A stretch of 64,000 bases of DNA from the NCBI RefSeq assembly GCF_011045215.1, contig NZ_CP049201.1; one strand, written 5' to 3'. The position numbers and the translations under genes are program-made. Every line of letters begins with the position of its first letter. Within the stretch, counting starts at the first letter, position 1. This stretch comes from Escherichia coli. Lineage in GTDB: Bacteria; Pseudomonadota; Gammaproteobacteria; Enterobacterales; Enterobacteriaceae. Below are positions 60,050 through 64,000 of the stretch, piece after piece. The notes beneath the pieces are model-generated. The model ran no database searches. It worked only from the letters and a program-made list of their open reading frames with translations, and was not told the origin of the DNA.

Positions 60050-60237
60050 TCACCTATCCTTTGAGCCCAGGGGGCCATCAGTGTCATACATTTTCCGAGT
60101 CCTCGATGGCCGTTAATGTATGACATTGAAGGGCGGCGTAGCCGCCTTTGCGTCAGATCTTTCCAGAGATGTTTCTCCAACATCCCCATCCGTTGTAACA
60201 AAAGCCACAACAGATTCTGTCAAACAAGCGGTGAACT
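60050..60237 (-). ncRNA. Candidate structured ncRNA (possible retron msr-msd-like template) in the PRTase-RT spacer
   Basis: 188-nt non-coding spacer directly upstream of the RT; 15-bp stem (60078-60092 pairs with 60115-60129, one G-U) with 22-nt loop; adjacent GGCGGC-GTA-GCCGCC hairpin (60132-60146). Confidence 0.4.
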
Positions 60238-61458
60238 TCACTCATCATTGTTTAACGGCTGAACGGAGTGCTGATCAGCACACCAAGACTCTGGAATGTA
60301 AAGACCAAAATCCCATACACTATCGTTTTTAACATGCCTAGAATTTACAAGTATGTCAAGTCCGAATTTAGATAATCGTTTTTGAGTTGTCAATAGTCCT
60401 AATGTCTCTGCATATATGAGTAGTTTTTCTACATACGAACAATCAACATTCAAACGTAAGGCAATGCTTTTGTTATCTCTGACACCTCTTTTTATAAGTT
60501 TTAGTAAATTTATAATTTCGGGAGATAAAGATGAATGGGGGGAAGTGTTATGCTTTGTTCCATTTTCTAACAAGGCAAGCAGCCATCCTGGAATTGCTCT
60601 ATCAGGCATTAGTCCTTGCCATTTTTTATTAGAAAACCATAGTATTCCAGGAAGGTTATTAGGGACGCTATGATAAAAAATTATATTAGATAAAACATTA
60701 CCATAGCCAAGACGAGCCCATGGAGGAATTTTGGTTTGATTTTTACAAAGATTGATTATTTCATTATACTGCTCACCCCACCGAGTTTCTAACCAATTTT
60801 CATTATATACGATGTTACTTATGAAATTGATTTTTTCAGATTTTCTATATTTTCTTACTCCATGGTCTGAGCCGCGAATAGTATTGATTATTCTATTTTC
60901 AGAACCTAGTGTTCTGGCGAAAGAAATTAAAGTTAATCTTACTAGTCCTAAACTCCACCAACTTAAAAAGGTAGGGTTATCGAGCATGGCATTAATAAAT
61001 CCGGATACTCTATCACCACTACCAATCGAATCATCAATAAGTAAAAAATCGTTGACTTTAGATTTTTTCAGATCATTGAGTGATGGATGATCTAAAAACA
61101 TAGTTTTATTAGACCGCACAAGGTTTGAAATAATTGAATATACTAAGTCTTCGCTACCTTGCGAATGACCTGGTCTATTAACAACATCACCATTAAGGTC
61201 CCATAATACTTGTTTGTCTGGATCTAATTTGCGAACTGAATAAAGGGCATAATTTTTATTTTTTGGTAAATCAGAAATGCTCTTTTGAAGCCATATGGTA
61301 AACTCATCTCTACTTACAAAAGTTAACTTGCTCAAGATGTTTTTTGCAATCGCTTTTTGGCTGCTATTAAATTGCATAAGCCATTGAGCTATTTCCTGAG
61401 AGGATTCAATTTTTTCTACTGAAAGTATTTTAAATTTAGGTTTGTCTCTTGTTTTCAT
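60238..61458 (-). CDS. Phosphoribosyltransferase-like protein (putative RT-associated effector)
   Basis: 406 aa; PRPP-binding-like motif KVNDFLLIDDSIGSGDR (hydrophobic strand, DD, small-Gly); encoded immediately upstream of and co-directional with the RT. Confidence 0.55.
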   Translation of the reverse strand: MKTRDKPKFKILSVEKIESSQEIAQWLMQFNSSQKAIAKNILSKLTFVSRDEFTIWLQKSISDLPKNKNYALYSVRKLDPDKQVLWDLNGDVVNRPGHSQGSEDLVYSIISNLVRSNKTMFLDHPSLNDLKKSKVNDFLLIDDSIGSGDRVSGFINAMLDNPTFLSWWSLGLVRLTLISFARTLGSENRIINTIRGSDHGVRKYRKSEKINFISNIVYNENWLETRWGEQYNEIINLCKNQTKIPPWARLGYGNVLSNIIFYHSVPNNLPGILWFSNKKWQGLMPDRAIPGWLLALLENGTKHNTSPHSSLSPEIINLLKLIKRGVRDNKSIALRLNVDCSYVEKLLIYAETLGLLTTQKRLSKFGLDILVNSRHVKNDSVWDFGLYIPESWCADQHSVQPLNNDE

Positions 61459-61693
61459 TTTTTTTAACCACTGTCAGGGCAATTGTTATTTCATAACATA
61501 AAAAGTAATGATGGTAAAGGTTTTGTTGTATCATTAACCTTCTTTATAACTGAGTAGACTAAGTTTAGTACTCTTATACGAAGCTAAATGAGCTAAATAT
61601 TAAATACTAAAATGTAATGGCGGATATTTTTCAACCGAAGGGCGAAAAACAAGGGAACGCAAAGAAGCGGAGCTTCGATGAGTTAGCCCTTGC

Positions 61694-62296
61694 TTATTCA
61701 TATGATTTGTATTTCTTTTCATCTACTAAATTTATTATGGACGATGAGGTTTTATATATCAACTTTACATTGTGTAAAGATATATTGTGTTTGCTAATAA
61801 AATATAAAAGATCCAATAGCATCTGTTCTTGCCGTTCTTGTGGAAACTCTAATTTTACGATTGGAGTAAATTCAACAATAAAACCACTATTCAACAGTAG
61901 TTTTATGTAGCTAAATGAGTTTGGCGTAACTGTTTTGATTTTTATTATTTTATTAGTAATTAGATGCTTATGGTTTATAATAATGTGAGGGTTGAGCAGT
62001 GCCATATCATATGACATGAATGTTAAACCATGACTATCTATTATGTTCAAGTCGATACCAAGTTGTATAAACATATCGATTATTGCTTTGCTATGTATCC
62101 AGTTATAAAATAAAGGTGTCCTTCCATAGTTATCTAAATGATTTAGGTCGGCTCCTGCAGCTAAAAGAGATGTTGTAAGTAAATAGTCATTAGAATAAAA
62201 TAATGGTGTACGACCACAATTATCCTTTAAGTTTATTAAACCATTGTCTATGAATATATTAGATAAATTATTGTGCATTTTACCTCCTTTTATCAT
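61694..62296 (-). CDS. Ankyrin-repeat protein
   Basis: 200-aa ORF; two clear ankyrin repeats (GRTPLFYS...LLAAGADLNHLDNYGRTPLFY) plus degenerate third (DSHGLTFMS). Confidence 0.6.
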   Translation of the reverse strand: MIKGGKMHNNLSNIFIDNGLINLKDNCGRTPLFYSNDYLLTTSLLAAGADLNHLDNYGRTPLFYNWIHSKAIIDMFIQLGIDLNIIDSHGLTFMSYDMALLNPHIIINHKHLITNKIIKIKTVTPNSFSYIKLLLNSGFIVEFTPIVKLEFPQERQEQMLLDLLYFISKHNISLHNVKLIYKTSSSIINLVDEKKYKSYE

Positions 62297-62339
62297 TATG
62301 TATATTAAAAAAAGGAGGTTGTCAATATTTAGAGGTTAG

Positions 62340-62588
62340 TTAACCACCAAATGTTTTTTTCTTAGGTTGTGGGGGCTCTGCATTAAGTATGATAGTTTTA
62401 ATATTTGCATTTATTTGATTGATATTATCAGTCAATATATTAATAACTGATAATGCTTCTACAGGTGTGCTAAATGATGATTCTAAAAACACGCCTGAGC
62501 CTTTCAAAAATATATGGTAAGTGAGTATGCCATTTTCTTCATTTTCATATATATCATAAAGTTCATTTACTGTTTCGTACAATTTCAT
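62340..62588 (-). CDS. Hypothetical small protein (82 aa)
   Basis: ORF between the ATPase-partner pair and the ankyrin gene. Confidence 0.45.
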   Translation of the reverse strand: MKLYETVNELYDIYENEENGILTYHIFLKGSGVFLESSFSTPVEALSVINILTDNINQINANIKTIILNAEPPQPKKKTFGG

Positions 62589-62643
62589 TATTATACTCCT
62601 TGATAATGATGGTTTATTTCAATGGGCTCGCGATATCACTACC

Positions 62644-63519
62644 TTATAAATGATCTCCAATGTGAGCAATAGCGATTTGTGCCGGTCTATCAGGAATTCT
62701 ATTAAAGAAGCCAAAGTATATTCTATTGTAGTAATAAGTTCCTTTTCGATTAGTATTGTCCATGTATTCAAGTTTATAATGGAATTCACAATTCACGTCT
62801 TTATAGATACAATCACCCACTTTAAAATCACGTTTTAATTCCCCTATGGCTCGTTTATTTTTGCCTCCACCTTCTGGTGTTACAAGATAAGGTAACGATG
62901 AATTCATAATTCTAATGTTATGTTGTGAGTCATTAGGTATAATTGTATAGTTATTAACAAAATAAAGAAATTCAGTGATGCTTTTCAAAAAATTTTCATA
63001 TCCACCTTCAATTTTCCTAATAAAATTAAAGGTTTGTGGTGGGTTATCCAAAAAAATGACATTCTTGAAAATGTTTTTAATATTGTCAGCATATTCATCA
63101 CAATCCGATGGGAATTCATCAAGGATTTTCTTAGAAAGATCAATTATTTCACTTTCACTAGAAACTGTATTATCCTTTTTTAAAGGTATGTCTGGAGATT
63201 GATAGGCACAGAGTTTTCTTTCGGCAAGTATCGATGGGGATGTATTGATGATATTTAGAAGTTCATTGCAGCCTATTTCATCCAATAAACTAATTTGGCC
63301 TATTTTATAATACTCATTAACAAGGCCACCGTAATCAGGGTTTGTTGAAAATAATTTAGTGACAAATTTTCCATCAAATTCATTGGAGCGAAGAAACTTT
63401 ATAAAATCTGAATCCACTCTCTCTACAAGTGCTTTAAGATCTTTAATCTGGTTAAAAATCTTAATTTGTTCTTCTTCAAGAGAAAAACTATCTATGAACA
63501 AGCAAACACCTGCTTTCAT
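62644..63519 (-). CDS. Hypothetical protein, partner of upstream ATPase (possible degenerate HNH-like nuclease)
   Basis: 291 aa; starts 9 nt after the ATPase gene stop; C-terminal C-x6-C-x2-H-x9-N-x10-N segment (DCIYKDVNCEFHYKLEYMDNTNRKGTYYYNRIY) loosely HNH-like. Confidence 0.5.
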   Translation of the reverse strand: MKAGVCLFIDSFSLEEEQIKIFNQIKDLKALVERVDSDFIKFLRSNEFDGKFVTKLFSTNPDYGGLVNEYYKIGQISLLDEIGCNELLNIINTSPSILAERKLCAYQSPDIPLKKDNTVSSESEIIDLSKKILDEFPSDCDEYADNIKNIFKNVIFLDNPPQTFNFIRKIEGGYENFLKSITEFLYFVNNYTIIPNDSQHNIRIMNSSLPYLVTPEGGGKNKRAIGELKRDFKVGDCIYKDVNCEFHYKLEYMDNTNRKGTYYYNRIYFGFFNRIPDRPAQIAIAHIGDHL

Positions 63520-63528
63520 GAAATCCCC

Positions 63529-64000
63529 TTAATTTTCAATATCAGGAGTATTAAATGATCCTGTCATAATGGTATACATATCAATTGATTGCTGGTCAAA
63601 GAATCCTTTCGGCCAACTAGAAAGTTTTCCATCTTTGCCAATAGATATCTTTTCTGCAGTAGATTCATTATTCTCATGTGAAATATAAAATAACGAAATT
63701 AGCTCAGGTGAAAAGTCAGGAGATGTTCTTGCTACGACACGGATTCCGTTGAGAAGGTGATCGCTATGAGTTTCTATGAATACCTGTACTCCCGCTTGAG
63801 CAGTGTAAGCTATTAATCTACCCATATAGCTTTGTCCTCTAGGGTGCAAATGGGCTTCCGGGTTTTCTAAAACTACTAATTCGCCCGGTTTTGCTAAAAG
63901 TAATGCTGAAACAATACTCAAAGCATAGCTATAACCAAAACCAATGTTTTTGGGTTTAGTTTGTTTTCCTGACTCAGCCTGTATTGTGTTATAAGCAATG
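63529..64000 (-). CDS. ABC/AAA15-type ATPase, C-terminal part (DUF3696-like); 5' end beyond window
   Basis: Frame open to window edge (ORF-track 'M' is TTG); ...GFGYSYALSIVSALLLAKPGELVVLENPEAHLHP (signature/Walker B/D-loop) and FIETHSDHLL (H-loop). Confidence 0.7.
   Translation of the reverse strand, partial: IAYNTIQAESGKQTKPKNIGFGYSYALSIVSALLLAKPGELVVLENPEAHLHPRGQSYMGRLIAYTAQAGVQVFIETHSDHLLNGIRVVARTSPDFSPELISLFYISHENNESTAEKISIGKDGKLSSWPKGFFDQQSIDMYTIMTGSFNTPDIEN

Noticed and set aside
59998-60210. 70-aa ORF in the PRTase-RT spacer
   Set aside because: Overlaps the RT start on the same strand out of frame, has no SD, and spans the hairpin-rich region better explained as RNA structure
61617-61910. 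97-aa plus-strand ORF
   Set aside because: Overlaps the ankyrin gene on the opposite strand and the putative PRTase upstream region; low-complexity AT-rich translation
61581-61923. Direct repeat AGCTAAATGAG at about 61582 and 61912
   Set aside because: An 11-mer match in AT-rich DNA is expected by chance many times in 64 kb; no flanking structure supports an insertion boundary

Overview
The window is an Escherichia coli-type chromosome segment (gene order and proteins recognised from memory, not searched). About 45 kb is conserved core: tamB (3' part), ytfP, chpSB toxin-antitoxin, ppa, ytfQRT-yjfF, fbp, mpl, yjgA, pmbA, cybC, nrdDG, treRBC, mgtLA, ridA, pyrLBI, yjgH, bdcAR, tabA, yjgL, argI, rraB, yjgM, yjgN, valS, holC, pepA, lptFG, yjgR and ahr, ending at tRNA-Leu(CAA) leuX at 45183-45267. 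From the 3' end of leuX to the window edge (about 18.7 kb) lies an AT-rich genomic island that opens with a P4-family integrase. Its cargo, in order: a C5-cytosine methyltransferase with an overlapping nuclease-like partner, an AlpA-like regulator, an operon of three tandem tyrosine recombinases plus a small fourth gene (GInt/Tn554-like), two lipoproteins, a MobC/relaxase mobilisation module, a retron-type reverse transcriptase preceded by a phosphoribosyltransferase-like gene and a strongly structured 188-nt spacer, an ankyrin-repeat protein, and a truncated ABC/AAA15-type ATPase with a 291-aa partner. The best candidates for an undescribed or defence-type system are the PRTase-RT module with its candidate ncRNA, and the ATPase plus partner pair at the window edge. 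All functional calls on island genes rest on motifs read by eye and need homology or structure searches.
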